A model generated the notes under the pieces. It was not told where the DNA came from. It did not search any database and was given only the letters and a program-made list of their open reading frames with translations. The position numbers and the translations under genes are program-made. A stretch of DNA of 64,000 nucleotides from an uncultured Thermococci archaeon (lineage in GTDB: Archaea; CAYQAE01; CAYVLA01). The stretch spans positions 57,919 through 121,918 of the forward strand of contig CAZJVP010000104.1 of the NCBI GenBank assembly GCA_964549615.1, in the 5' to 3' direction. Positions 36,503-45,980 of the stretch are shown here, piece by piece (the stretch's first letter is position 1; each line of letters starts with the position of its first letter).

Positions 36503-37624
36503 TTGAACTCCAAGGAGAGGGTGCTTGCCGCCCTCGAGAGACAGGAGCCCGACAGGGTGCCGACGGGGGAGTTTGCAACGGACTACCCCGTGATAGAGGC
36601 CGCGCTGGGACGGAGGACGTACTGGAGGGCCAAGATCAGGGAGACGAAAGCCCTCTGGCAGGGGAAGAGGGACCAGGTCGTGGAGAGCCAGAAGCGGGAC
36701 ATAGTCGAGTTCACCAGGAAGATGGGTCTGGACATGGTCCCGGTGATGCTGGTCCCGAGCAAGGACAAGGTGTTCGAGAAGCCGAAGCCGATCGGACCCA
36801 ACATGTGGCGTGACAAGGAGGGAAATGTGTATAGGCTTGCCGAGGGAAGCCAGAACCTTCTGTGCGTAAAGAGGGCGGATGAGGGACGGGAGTACACGGT
36901 GGACGACTTCACCTACGAGAAGCCCGAGGTCGATGAAAGCGAGCTCGAGCTCGTCAGGCACGTGGTGGCTGAGCTCGGCGATACGCATTTCATCTTTGCA
37001 AGGAGTTCGGATGGGTCAATAGCCTTGCCCGGCGGCTTGCTGAATGGCATCAAACTCTGCGTTACGAAGCCCGATGTGGTCAAGAAGGCCGTGGAGGTCA
37101 ACCTAAAGCACGCCATCGCCCTGGACAAGGTTTTCGCTAGGGAAGGCGTCGACGCCCTGGCTCCGGGGGCTGACTATGGCTACAATAAGGGCACATTCCT
37201 CAAACCGGAGCTCATCGAGAAACTGTTCTTCCCGGCGATGAGGAGACAGTGCGAGGCGGCCCATGCCATGGGCCTGAAGGTAATGAAGCACTCCTGCGGC
37301 AACAACTGGCCCATCATGGACCTCTTCGTGCGGGCCGGCTACGACGCATACCAGTCGATTCAGCCCACGGCCGGGATGGAGATCGGGAGGCTTAAGGACC
37401 TGTACGGCGATCGCATTGCGCTCTGGGGAGGGGTATCGTGCGAGAGGCTGGCCGGGGGAACTCCGTCGGAGATAAAAGCCCTAACCCGGCATGCGATCGA
37501 AAAGGCCGCGCCGGGCGGCGGTTTCATATGCGCCTCGAGCCACTCGCTACTGGTGGGGACGAAGTTCGAGAACTACTGCGCCATGCTCGAAGAGATAGTC
37601 CGCTTGGGCAACTACCCGCATTAA
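36503..37624 (+). CDS. uroporphyrinogen decarboxylase / MtaA-CmuA family TIM-barrel protein
   Basis: NSKERVLAAL...PDRVP, ADYG, KHSCGN, LWGGV, GGGFICASSH. Confidence 0.85.
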   Translation: MNSKERVLAALERQEPDRVPTGEFATDYPVIEAALGRRTYWRAKIRETKALWQGKRDQVVESQKRDIVEFTRKMGLDMVPVMLVPSKDKVFEKPKPIGPNMWRDKEGNVYRLAEGSQNLLCVKRADEGREYTVDDFTYEKPEVDESELELVRHVVAELGDTHFIFARSSDGSIALPGGLLNGIKLCVTKPDVVKKAVEVNLKHAIALDKVFAREGVDALAPGADYGYNKGTFLKPELIEKLFFPAMRRQCEAAHAMGLKVMKHSCGNNWPIMDLFVRAGYDAYQSIQPTAGMEIGRLKDLYGDRIALWGGVSCERLAGGTPSEIKALTRHAIEKAAPGGGFICASSHSLLVGTKFENYCAMLEEIVRLGNYPH

Positions 37625-37664
37625 TCTTTATCAGGCCCGGGTCCGCCGGGGCTCGGGGTCGCGG

Positions 37665-38432
37665 ATGGACGGAATGCCTCGCGTGGCATTGGCTGTCATC
37701 GGGCTTTCGCTCGTCACCCTTCCATTGGGCATTGCCTTGTCGGAGGCCTACCCGGCCCTGTTCTTGCTCATCTCCGCGTTCTGGCTCGTGTCGCCCATCC
37801 TCTTCACGGAAAACAGGCCCCTCTTCAACCTGTGTCTGGCTCACAGCACCTTTTTCGTGATCCTCTACACGAGGGCCTTGGCAACGTCCACGGTCAGGCT
37901 CCTGGGGCCGTCTATGCCACTCGGATACCACCTCGAACAGGCTGCTGCCTTGGCGGTTCTGATCTTGCTGGCTCGGCGATTCTTCACCCTTGGGATGATC
38001 AGGATGACGCGGCAGGGAATCGGCAGAGCGATGGTGCTCGGGTTGTGCATTGGGCTGCCATTCGGGGTAGTGGATCACCTCTCCGGCGAGCGGATCGTCC
38101 CGATGCCTGACTTGGGCTTTCCAGCATCCTTGCTCTGGATAGCCAGCCTCTCGCTGCTGGTGGGCATGGTCGAGGAGGTGCTTTTCCGGGGGGTGTTCTA
38201 TCGATCCGCCAAGAACATCGTCGGGCCGCGTGCCGCATCGCTGTTCCAGGGCCTGCTTTTCTGCCTCGTCCATTATCCGAATCCGGCATCAGCCCTGGCC
38301 GCAGCGCTGCTTTTCGGGGTAATCATGGTCTTCCTGGTCGAGAGGACGGGAAACATCTTCGGGCCGATCGTGGCACATTTCTCGAACAACACCGTGTGGA
38401 TGCACCTCGCCTTCTACGGACTTTTCCCATAG
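37665..38432 (+). CDS. CPBP (CAAX protease/Abi) family intramembrane metalloprotease
   Basis: EEVLFRG, FCLVH, AHFSNN. Confidence 0.9.
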   Translation: MDGMPRVALAVIGLSLVTLPLGIALSEAYPALFLLISAFWLVSPILFTENRPLFNLCLAHSTFFVILYTRALATSTVRLLGPSMPLGYHLEQAAALAVLILLARRFFTLGMIRMTRQGIGRAMVLGLCIGLPFGVVDHLSGERIVPMPDLGFPASLLWIASLSLLVGMVEEVLFRGVFYRSAKNIVGPRAASLFQGLLFCLVHYPNPASALAAALLFGVIMVFLVERTGNIFGPIVAHFSNNTVWMHLAFYGLFP

Positions 38433-38460
38433 GCGCAGTTCGTGGACGGCCGTTCTGGCA

Positions 38461-39861
38461 TCATTCCTGCCCCGCCTCCGGTCCCCACCAGTCCTTTCTC
38501 AAGAGCGTCTTGCCGTCTGAAAACCCATCCTCCCTCTTGGCCAGGTGCTTGACCATGCGGTTTCGCCAGAAGAGGAGCCGCTTCCTGTACCTGGGGTTCG
38601 CCGAGAGGTCATGGAGCTCGTTTCGGTCGTTCACAAGGTCGAACAGCTCCTCCCTACCCGACATGGGGAAGTAGATGTACTTCTGTTTACCGTCCGTGAG
38701 GTAGTGCATGGCTTCATCCGGCGAGTAGCAGGGGCTGTGCTCGCCGTGGAGATACGACCGCCATGGCTTTCCCCTCACTGCCTCAAACACGCTTCTCCCT
38801 GTCACGGAGGACGGCACGGGAATCTTCGCGGCCTCGAGTATGGTGGGCATGACGTCCTGTAGCCCCACAACCTGGTGGAAGACCCCTCTCGGAAGGTCCA
38901 GTTGCTTGGGGTACCTCAGGACGAAGGGTATCCGCGCCGATCCCTCGTAGGCGTAGGTCTTCCGATGTAGGTAGTGATCGCCCATCATGTCGCCGTGGTC
39001 CGAGACGAAGATGATCAGGGTATCGTCGAGCAGGTTGATGCGACGTAGCTTCTGCATGAGCCTCCCAAGCTCGTAGTCGACATGGGTGCAGCTTGCCATG
39101 TATGCCGCGCGCATCCGGTGGCTCTGCTCTGGCTTCAGCCTGCCCCGCCACGCCGTAGGATCGTGCGGGCCTGGGACGTTGTTCCTCTCCGCCCAGTCCC
39201 CGATCGGTATCTCCGGGAGCTGCCTGTTGATGTACATGTCCCAGAAGTACCGAGGCGGGTCATACGGTGAATGAGGCCTGAGATGGGATGCCCAGATGAA
39301 GAAGGGCCGGGTGGGGTCCCTCTTGACTATCTGCTCGATGGTTACGTCCGTCGTCCAGACCGTGGGATGGTATCTTTCCTCCAAGTGCTAGGGCCGGGCG
39401 TCCCAGGCGTTGGCATCAAGCCCATGGCCTCTCTCCTCTGCGTTCGGGCCGAGGTTTTCCTTGAGCCACTCAAGGTAGTCGTCGGCTCCCTCCCGAAGAT
39501 CATGGCAGATGACGTTGTGGAACCCGTAGAGCTTCCTCGCGGGATGGAGGTTGCGCCAGCCGACGTTGATGCAGTGATAGCCATTGTCCGCGAGGACTTG
39601 GGCGACGGTGTTGCGTTCATTCCACTCCGCCGTGGAGTAGCCCACAAGCCCGCATGCGTAGCTCGACTGCCCAGCGAGGAGGCACCGCCGGGCGCCGGTC
39701 GTTGAAGGGATCTCGGTGTAGGCATTGGGGAAGTAGGCACCCTGATTGATGAACGAATCGAGGTTGGGTGTCTCCACGACGGGATGTCCGGCCAGGCCTA
39801 TGTGGTCGCCGCGCTGCTGGTCGGTTGTGAAGAGCAGAATGTTCGGGCGACCGTGGCTCAT
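38461..39861 (-). pseudogene. sulfatase-like hydrolase (alkaline phosphatase superfamily) interrupted by one in-frame TAG at 39388-39390
   Basis: PNILLFTTDQQR, TPNLD, RPHSPYDPP, SDHGDMMGDH...RK...YEGSARIP; both ORFs are in the same frame and read WDARP*HLEERYHPT. Confidence 0.8.
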
Positions 39862-40010
39862 CAAGAACGCCGGGTCGCCTTGCCTGGGCCGGATTTTTAT
39901 AGATTTGGCTGGCAGACGTCTTCGGCCTCCCGCCCGGTATGACGCTTGCCGGAGTCGCATTAAGCTTGCCCGAGTCGCATTAATATTGGAGGGTTGCCTG
40001 GGCGCAGGGC

Positions 40011-40619
40011 GTGGATGCTGACCGGTTGAGGAGGGCGTCGGGAATATGTAACCTAATCGCACCGGTCGTCGGCCTGTCGATGGTGGGCATTTCGGTCTCC
40101 ATGGCGCCCTGGTTTGACTGGAACCGGAACGCCCTCAGCGATCTCGGGGTGGGCAGCACTGCGAGGATATTCAACTCAGGGCTCATTGGGGCCGGAGTTG
40201 TGGGGTTAATCGGAGCGCCGGGCCTTGTGATCTCGGTGTTCAGGGGCAGATTGGTCAGGGTTGCCGGTGGGCTTTTCGCATCTGCTTGGATCTGGCTGGT
40301 CTGCATCGGCCTCTTTCCCGAGAACGTCGGAAGGATACACTTCATAGTCTCGGTGGCGTTTTTCGTCTCGCTGTCCCTATCGATGATGGCGATTGGGCTG
40401 GGCATGCTACGCTCGGAGGCCAAGGGGAATCGTCTGTACGGCGTGCTCGGTCTTGGGCTGGGCATCACGGCAGCAGTTGCTTGGACGTTGCCCCACGAGG
40501 GGGTGGCCATACCGGAAGCGATCTCGTCCGTGGCCGGTTCGGTCTGGATCGCCGGCCTTGGGGCCAGGTTGCTTCGCGCCCCCTGGTCGTATGCTCAAGA
40601 TCAGCCCGGCTCCTCCTGA
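40011..40619 (+). CDS. DUF998-family membrane protein
   Basis: PWFDWNRNALSDLG, FNSGLI, IGLFPE...H, AIPE. Confidence 0.8.
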   Translation: MDADRLRRASGICNLIAPVVGLSMVGISVSMAPWFDWNRNALSDLGVGSTARIFNSGLIGAGVVGLIGAPGLVISVFRGRLVRVAGGLFASAWIWLVCIGLFPENVGRIHFIVSVAFFVSLSLSMMAIGLGMLRSEAKGNRLYGVLGLGLGITAAVAWTLPHEGVAIPEAISSVAGSVWIAGLGARLLRAPWSYAQDQPGSS

Positions 40620-41758
40620 GCCTGAAGGAGTCTCGTCTCGCCCGCGTCGCCGAGCCTGAGGTTGCCGACGATCACGCGATCCACCTCGGACGCACATGTC
40701 GTGAGAATCCTTATGGCCTCCTCGTCACAGTCGACGGAATCGATCACGCCAAGTTCGACGTACCTTTCGCCTCGGTGCAGGCCGACTATTGCCTGCTTCA
40801 TGTTGACGAGGTCGTTGCATGTTAGGTTGGACGACCTCAGGGGGTTCCCGTCCTGGGCAAGGCCGCGTCGTCTCGCCCGTCGGGCGAGATAGCCCTCGAC
40901 CGTCATTGACGCGAGGTCGTACTTGACTATCTTGGACTGTCTCAGAGCCGAAAGATACTGGCTAAGGCGAAAGGCCCGTCTTGCCTGTAGATCTTTCTTG
41001 CCGGCAGGGAGCGCAGGAAGGCGGACGATCTTGTTTCCCGTGCCCTTGAGGTAGGAAAGTTCTTCCTCGCGCTCAAGGATCACGACAAGGTCAGGCCGAA
41101 CCGCGGTAAGGATCTGTCTGGTCAGATACTCTCCGAGCGGCCCGGCGACCAGGCCGCACGTGTCTAGGATCGTTGTCTCGCCCATACGTTGAGCTTCCTG
41201 CACCATGAGGCGGGTTCCCTCGATCACCTCATCGATGCAGAACGCTGGCGAGGTGTCACCTGCGAAGTATCCTTGGACGAACTCAGCGTCCGTGAGCCTC
41301 AAGAGATGTCTCGAGGACCGGCCAAGCCCGATGACGGTGGGCGGCCCGATGCTGGACTGGCCTACGTCGGCATCGACGAGGTGAACCTCGCCCGCCGTCG
41401 AAAGGCATCTGTTGGCGATGAGGACGCACAGCGTGGACTTGCCCGTGTCCGATTGGCCTGCGACCATGACCTTTCCCAAGCCACGGGGGGGAAGGGAGTC
41501 GATGAATGCGGACCACTCGCTCGGGTATGCTGCCTCCACTGGCTCCAGTCGTCCTGTCCCTGCCAGTCGGATCTGGGAATCTTCCACGGCCTTCAAGTCG
41601 AAGGATTCCCAGATCTTGACTACGAGGGGCTCGTTTTCCTGCGAGAAGATGATTCCCCTACAGCATATGCTTCCCTTCTCGACCGCAAGCCTCAGGGGGC
41701 CCTTGGCGAGAAAGCGGCTTCCCTTGGCGAGGAACACGGCGATACAGAAAGACTCCAA
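40601..41758 (-). CDS. Clp1/Grc3-family polynucleotide 5'-hydroxyl kinase
   Basis: Walker A GQSDTGKST, DADVGQSSIGPP, DTCG, RRAFR lid. Confidence 0.88.
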   Translation of the reverse strand: MESFCIAVFLAKGSRFLAKGPLRLAVEKGSICCRGIIFSQENEPLVVKIWESFDLKAVEDSQIRLAGTGRLEPVEAAYPSEWSAFIDSLPPRGLGKVMVAGQSDTGKSTLCVLIANRCLSTAGEVHLVDADVGQSSIGPPTVIGLGRSSRHLLRLTDAEFVQGYFAGDTSPAFCIDEVIEGTRLMVQEAQRMGETTILDTCGLVAGPLGEYLTRQILTAVRPDLVVILEREEELSYLKGTGNKIVRLPALPAGKKDLQARRAFRLSQYLSALRQSKIVKYDLASMTVEGYLARRARRRGLAQDGNPLRSSNLTCNDLVNMKQAIVGLHRGERYVELGVIDSVDCDEEAIRILTTCASEVDRVIVGNLRLGDAGETRLLQAQEEPG

Positions 41759-41871
41759 CTCTTAACTTTCCTCCAAGTTGCTGGGGTGGATCGGCTCTTC
41801 GCAGGCCGACGGCGGTCTACGCCTCGGAAAGGCATAAAAGACGGTGCCGCCCTTCCACCGACGGTGTTGGC

Positions 41872-42777
41872 ATGGCAAAGCTGCAACTTGGGATCAACAC
41901 GTGCTTTGCGGTCAAGAGGTGGCCCGAGGCGAGGGAGTGGGTCGAGATCGTCGGGTGCAAGCTGGACTTGGATCTAGCCCAGTTCTCTTTCGACCTCGTC
42001 GATCCACGTGTGCGAGCGTCGGTGAGGTCGCGGAAATGCGTGGAGGCAAAGCAAGCTGCAGCGGATCAAGGTGTTAAGATCCACAGCACCTTCACTGGCC
42101 TCGGTGCCTATTCGTTTAACCTGCTCATGCATCCCGATGTGGGCATGAGGAGCGATGCACTGGAGTGGTATGAGCAGGCAGTTCATATGACGTCGGAGAT
42201 GGGCGCGGATGGAACCGGCGGCCACGTCGCGTCGATGAGCTACAATGACTACGGGAACAAGGCTAGGAGGACCTACTTACTGGACTGTCTCGTGGAGTCC
42301 CTGCAGCACCTCTCAAGGATGGCTTCTGATCTGGGGCAGAAGTTCGTCCTCTGGGAGCCGATGCCGGTGCCGCGAGAGCCGCCGTGCAACATCGCGGATG
42401 CGAAATCGCTGTACCGCAGGGTGAACAAAGGGGCCGCGGTGCCCATCTTCTTCTGCATGGATACCGGACATCAATGCGCCTACTCCGAGTGCGACAGGGA
42501 CTTGGACACATTCGAGTGGATCAGGGAGATCGGCCCCATGAGTCCCGTCCTCCACGTGCAGCAGACGGACGGGAAGATGGACAGGCATTGGCCCTTCACG
42601 GCCGAGTACAATGCAAAAGGCCTCATCAAAGCGGAGAAGCTGATAGAGGCCATCGAGGCCTCTGGGGCGAGCGAGGTTGCGTTGATGCTCGAGATCATTC
42701 ATGCCTTTGAAGAGAAAGAAGAGAAGGTTCTGGAGGACTTGGAGAAAAGCGTCGCGTACTGGAAGGAGTACGTCTAG
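41872..42777 (+). CDS. sugar-phosphate epimerase TIM barrel (EryC / D-erythrulose-1-phosphate 3-epimerase-like)
   Basis: LGINTCFAVKRWPE, HSTFTG, WEPM, DTGH, HVQQTDG...HWPFT. Confidence 0.8.
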   Translation: MAKLQLGINTCFAVKRWPEAREWVEIVGCKLDLDLAQFSFDLVDPRVRASVRSRKCVEAKQAAADQGVKIHSTFTGLGAYSFNLLMHPDVGMRSDALEWYEQAVHMTSEMGADGTGGHVASMSYNDYGNKARRTYLLDCLVESLQHLSRMASDLGQKFVLWEPMPVPREPPCNIADAKSLYRRVNKGAAVPIFFCMDTGHQCAYSECDRDLDTFEWIREIGPMSPVLHVQQTDGKMDRHWPFTAEYNAKGLIKAEKLIEAIEASGASEVALMLEIIHAFEEKEEKVLEDLEKSVAYWKEYV

Positions 42778-43481
42778 CGCCAGTAGAAGTCATCTGGCGT
42801 CTCGAAATCCAGGAAGGGCAGGGGTTCTCTCCGCGTGGTCACCCGCTCCCTGAGGGGAAGGGCTATGAGCGCGCCCGCGACGAAGCCGCCGATGTGAGCG
42901 AAGTACGCGACGCCGGGTGAAGCGTAGGCCGCGATTGACAATACGCCCGAGAAAAGCTGGAGGATGAACCAGAACATCAGAAGCGCGGAGGCAGGGATCG
43001 TTACCCAGGTTATGAAGTAGGCAAAGACGAGGGCGTCGACCTTCGCCCGCGGGAAGAGAACGAGGTACGCCCCCAGGACCCCGGCGATCGCTCCGCTCGC
43101 TCCAAGGGTCGGCACATCTGGGCTCATGTTTACCGCCACGTGTAGCATGGCTGCGCAGAATCCGCAGAAGAGGTAGAAAGCCAGGAACTTGAGGTGGCCG
43201 AAAATGTCCTCCACGTTGTTGCCGAAGATGCCGAGGTAGAGCATGTTGCCGAATATGTGCATGATCCCGCCGTGAAGGAACATGCTTGTCAGGACCGTGA
43301 TCGTGCGCTCGCCGGCTACGAGCCTCTCTGGGACGAGTGCCCACCTCCAGAGAAACGCATCGAGCTGGCCCTGGAAATCGAGCATCAACTCGATGAGAAA
43401 GATCCCGACGTTGGCTATCACCAGTGAGTAGGTAACGAAGGGAAACGTGCGCGACGGGTTCCTGTCCCTAATGGGCAGCAT
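42774..43481 (-). CDS. rhomboid-family intramembrane serine protease
   Basis: SMFLHGGIMHIFGNM, GASGAIAG, AHIGGF. Confidence 0.95.
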   Translation of the reverse strand: MLPIRDRNPSRTFPFVTYSLVIANVGIFLIELMLDFQGQLDAFLWRWALVPERLVAGERTITVLTSMFLHGGIMHIFGNMLYLGIFGNNVEDIFGHLKFLAFYLFCGFCAAMLHVAVNMSPDVPTLGASGAIAGVLGAYLVLFPRAKVDALVFAYFITWVTIPASALLMFWFILQLFSGVLSIAAYASPGVAYFAHIGGFVAGALIALPLRERVTTRREPLPFLDFETPDDFYWR

Positions 43482-43566
43482 TTAGCAACGATCCGGCTTT
43501 TCCGCGTCCTTCAAAAGGATTTCCCGGTTTCTTCGGACGACGTCAGGGAACAGTTAAACGTGTTCT

Positions 43567-43776
43567 GTGCAATGGCAGTTTGTGCCCGAAAGGCCTGCCA
43601 TCCTCGTTTGCAAGGACTGCAGATACTGGTACGGCGCCGAGGATGAGGGGTTCGGCCCTTGTTCTCTCAAGCACATGCGAGGCGAGACGAAATACCTCAC
43701 GAGGGGTCTGCATGCATGCGACGAGAAAGCAGCCCTTCGGGAGGCGTTGGCTTCCACGAAGCAGGTTGGGGCCTGA
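43567..43776 (+). CDS. small Cys-rich (putative Zn-binding) hypothetical protein
   Basis: CKDCRYW...GPC...C; fills the gap between rhomboid and GNAT genes. Confidence 0.6.
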   Translation: MQWQFVPERPAILVCKDCRYWYGAEDEGFGPCSLKHMRGETKYLTRGLHACDEKAALREALASTKQVGA

Positions 43777-43816
43777 TCCCATTCGATCCCAACCCCCGGT
43801 CGGCTGCATAAGGGAG

Positions 43817-44632
43817 ATGAAGCCTGAGGACGCGCCCCAGGCGTGCGCTCTCTCCGACAGCGAGGGGTGGGGATTCGATGTGTCGGACTTCAAGCGAATC
43901 CTCGATCTGTGGCCCGGAGGATCCTTCGTCTGTGAGGAGAAGGGCAGGATCATTGGCATGCTCACCACGGCCACGTACGTAAGATCTGGCTGGATCGGCA
44001 ACGTCGTTGTGGAGGAGCGCTTCAGATCGTCCGGGCTCGGGTCGGCATTGGTGTGCCGAGGCCTGGATCACCTGCAGCGGCAAAAGATGGAGGCGGTCCT
44101 GCTCTATTCATACAAGGGGCTTGAAGGCTTCTACAGGAGGTTCGGCTTCAGGGAGCTGGACTCCTACGAATGCTATCGGGGAAGGATAAAGGCTCGCGGC
44201 AAGCGGATCTGTGCTGAGAGGATGTGCAAGGACGACCTCGACGATGTCCGCGAACTGGACGCCCGGCGCTTTGGGGACGACCGGTCGAGGCTCTTGGAGA
44301 GGCTCTTGCGGGACTTCCCCGAAACAAGCTTGGTTCACAGGTCCGGGGACAGGCTGATGGGCTACGTCATGGCAACGGCGTCCGGACGGGTCTGCAACAT
44401 AGGGCCCGGAATCGCGCTTGCGAGATCTTCCGCCCGCCTGCTCCTCGAATCTCTAGGGGTGCTTCTGAGGGGGAAGGAATGCTTTCTGGTCGCGCCGAGC
44501 CAGGTTGGCGCTGGTTTGGCGGGAGAACTTGGGCTCATCTCGAGTTTTTCGGTGACGAGGATGGCCCGCGGGATCCCCCCCGAGGTAAGGACGGACGAAA
44601 TATTCGCAATCGGTGCCCTGGAGAAGGGTTGA
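43817..44632 (+). CDS. tandem GNAT acetyltransferase (YitH-like)
   Basis: WIGNVVV...RSSGLG, FYRRFGF, second domain FGDDRSRLL...IGP, ends ALEKG; true start may be slightly upstream. Confidence 0.88.
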   Translation: MKPEDAPQACALSDSEGWGFDVSDFKRILDLWPGGSFVCEEKGRIIGMLTTATYVRSGWIGNVVVEERFRSSGLGSALVCRGLDHLQRQKMEAVLLYSYKGLEGFYRRFGFRELDSYECYRGRIKARGKRICAERMCKDDLDDVRELDARRFGDDRSRLLERLLRDFPETSLVHRSGDRLMGYVMATASGRVCNIGPGIALARSSARLLLESLGVLLRGKECFLVAPSQVGAGLAGELGLISSFSVTRMARGIPPEVRTDEIFAIGALEKG

Positions 44633-44639
44633 AGCACAG

Positions 44640-44647
44640 TTTTATAT
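44640..44647 (+). promoter_or_regulatory. TATA box of the cysS-like gene (leaderless spacing)
   Basis: TTTTATAT about 22 bp before GTG 44669. Confidence 0.55.
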
Positions 44648-44668
44648 CCCCGGGCGGGCGGGTTTTTC

Positions 44669-45895
44669 GTGTCGGTGCCGGCTGCCCCATGCTTCTACAA
44701 CACCCTGACCCAGAGGAAAGAGCCTTTCGAGCCTATCAGAGACGGGGAGGTGCGGATGTACGTTTGCGGCCCGACGGTGTACGATGAGTGTCACCTTGGG
44801 CATGCCCGATCCTACGTCATTTTCGATGTCATAGCTCGGTACCTTCGGTTCCTGGGTTACAAGGTTCGCCTTGCCATCAATTTCACGGACGTGGACGAGA
44901 GGATCACGCGGAAAGCGGAGGCGGTTGGAGAAGATCCGCTGAAGTTCGCTGAGGCGAGGATAGGCGACTTTTTCAGGGAGATGGATGTCCTGGGCATAAT
45001 GCGGGCCGACATGTACCCGCGCGTCTCCGGCTACGTGGGCGATATGATTCGGGTCGTTCAGGAGCTCTGGGACCGGGGTCTTGCCTACCGCGCTGGGGGC
45101 AAGATCTATTTCGACGTGAACAAGGCAGGCGGCTACGGAGGCCTTCTCCACGGCCGCCCAGAGGACTCGTTGGTAGCCAACGATGCTGAGAAAGGGGCGG
45201 AAACGCAGAAGAGAAGCCCTTTCGACTTTGAGCTTTGGGACGGCACGGTGAAAGACGGTCCCCTCTGGGATTCCCCCTGGGGCAGGGGCCGCATCGGGTG
45301 GCATGTGGAGTGCTATACGATGTCAAGGCTGCTCGGACATCCTCTGGATATCACGGGGGGCGGGGCCGACCTGATCTTTCCTCACCACGAAAGCAACCGA
45401 CTGATAGCCTTGGCGTTTGGCCAGGATCTGGCGCGGTTCTACATTCACAACGGGTTCCTGACGCTGGGCGTGCGGAAGATGTCGAAAACCGGCGGCATCT
45501 ACGTCACGATAAGGGAGGCGCTCAAGGTACATTCCCCAGAGGGCCTTCGATTTTTCCTTCTCGGCACGCACTATAGGCAGAACCTGCCCTTCTCCGATCG
45601 TGCGGTGGCGGATGCAGAAAGACGTCTTGCGGGCATGAGCGGACTGGAATCGATGCTTAGGGATGCCGGGCCGTCGAGGGGCAAGGACGATGGAGCGATG
45701 ATGCAGCTTGTGCAGACCCTGCAGGATGAATTCAAGTCGGCTATGAATGACGATTTGGATACCCCTAGGGCGCTCCGTGCAGTGGGCGATTTCGCGGAAA
45801 GGGCTCGCGGTCTATCAGTCGGGTCCGATGCGGCGGGTAAAGCGCTTGAGGCCCTACGATGCGTAGGTGACGTGTTGGGGTTCAGATGGGCGTAG
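44669..45895 (+). CDS. cysS: cysteine--tRNA ligase-like protein lacking the C-terminal anticodon-binding domain
   Basis: YVCGPTVYDECHLGHAR, NFTDVD, GWHVEC, FPHHE, KMSKT, AMNDDLDTP; ends right after the helical (DALR) region at 408 aa. Confidence 0.85.
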   Translation: MSVPAAPCFYNTLTQRKEPFEPIRDGEVRMYVCGPTVYDECHLGHARSYVIFDVIARYLRFLGYKVRLAINFTDVDERITRKAEAVGEDPLKFAEARIGDFFREMDVLGIMRADMYPRVSGYVGDMIRVVQELWDRGLAYRAGGKIYFDVNKAGGYGGLLHGRPEDSLVANDAEKGAETQKRSPFDFELWDGTVKDGPLWDSPWGRGRIGWHVECYTMSRLLGHPLDITGGGADLIFPHHESNRLIALAFGQDLARFYIHNGFLTLGVRKMSKTGGIYVTIREALKVHSPEGLRFFLLGTHYRQNLPFSDRAVADAERRLAGMSGLESMLRDAGPSRGKDDGAMMQLVQTLQDEFKSAMNDDLDTPRALRAVGDFAERARGLSVGSDAAGKALEALRCVGDVLGFRWA

Positions 45896-45980
45896 GGAAG
45901 GCCCCGAGGTCGGCCGAGCAACCGTTGCGGCAGATGGTCGGTGGCCAAAGAGCCAGGTTCGGCCCAACCGATGCTCGATG

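Noticed and set aside
39388-39390. Genome-wide reassignment of TAG
   Set aside because: TAG is the ordinary stop of many conserved genes here (purF, porA, thermosome, PiT) at their expected C-termini.
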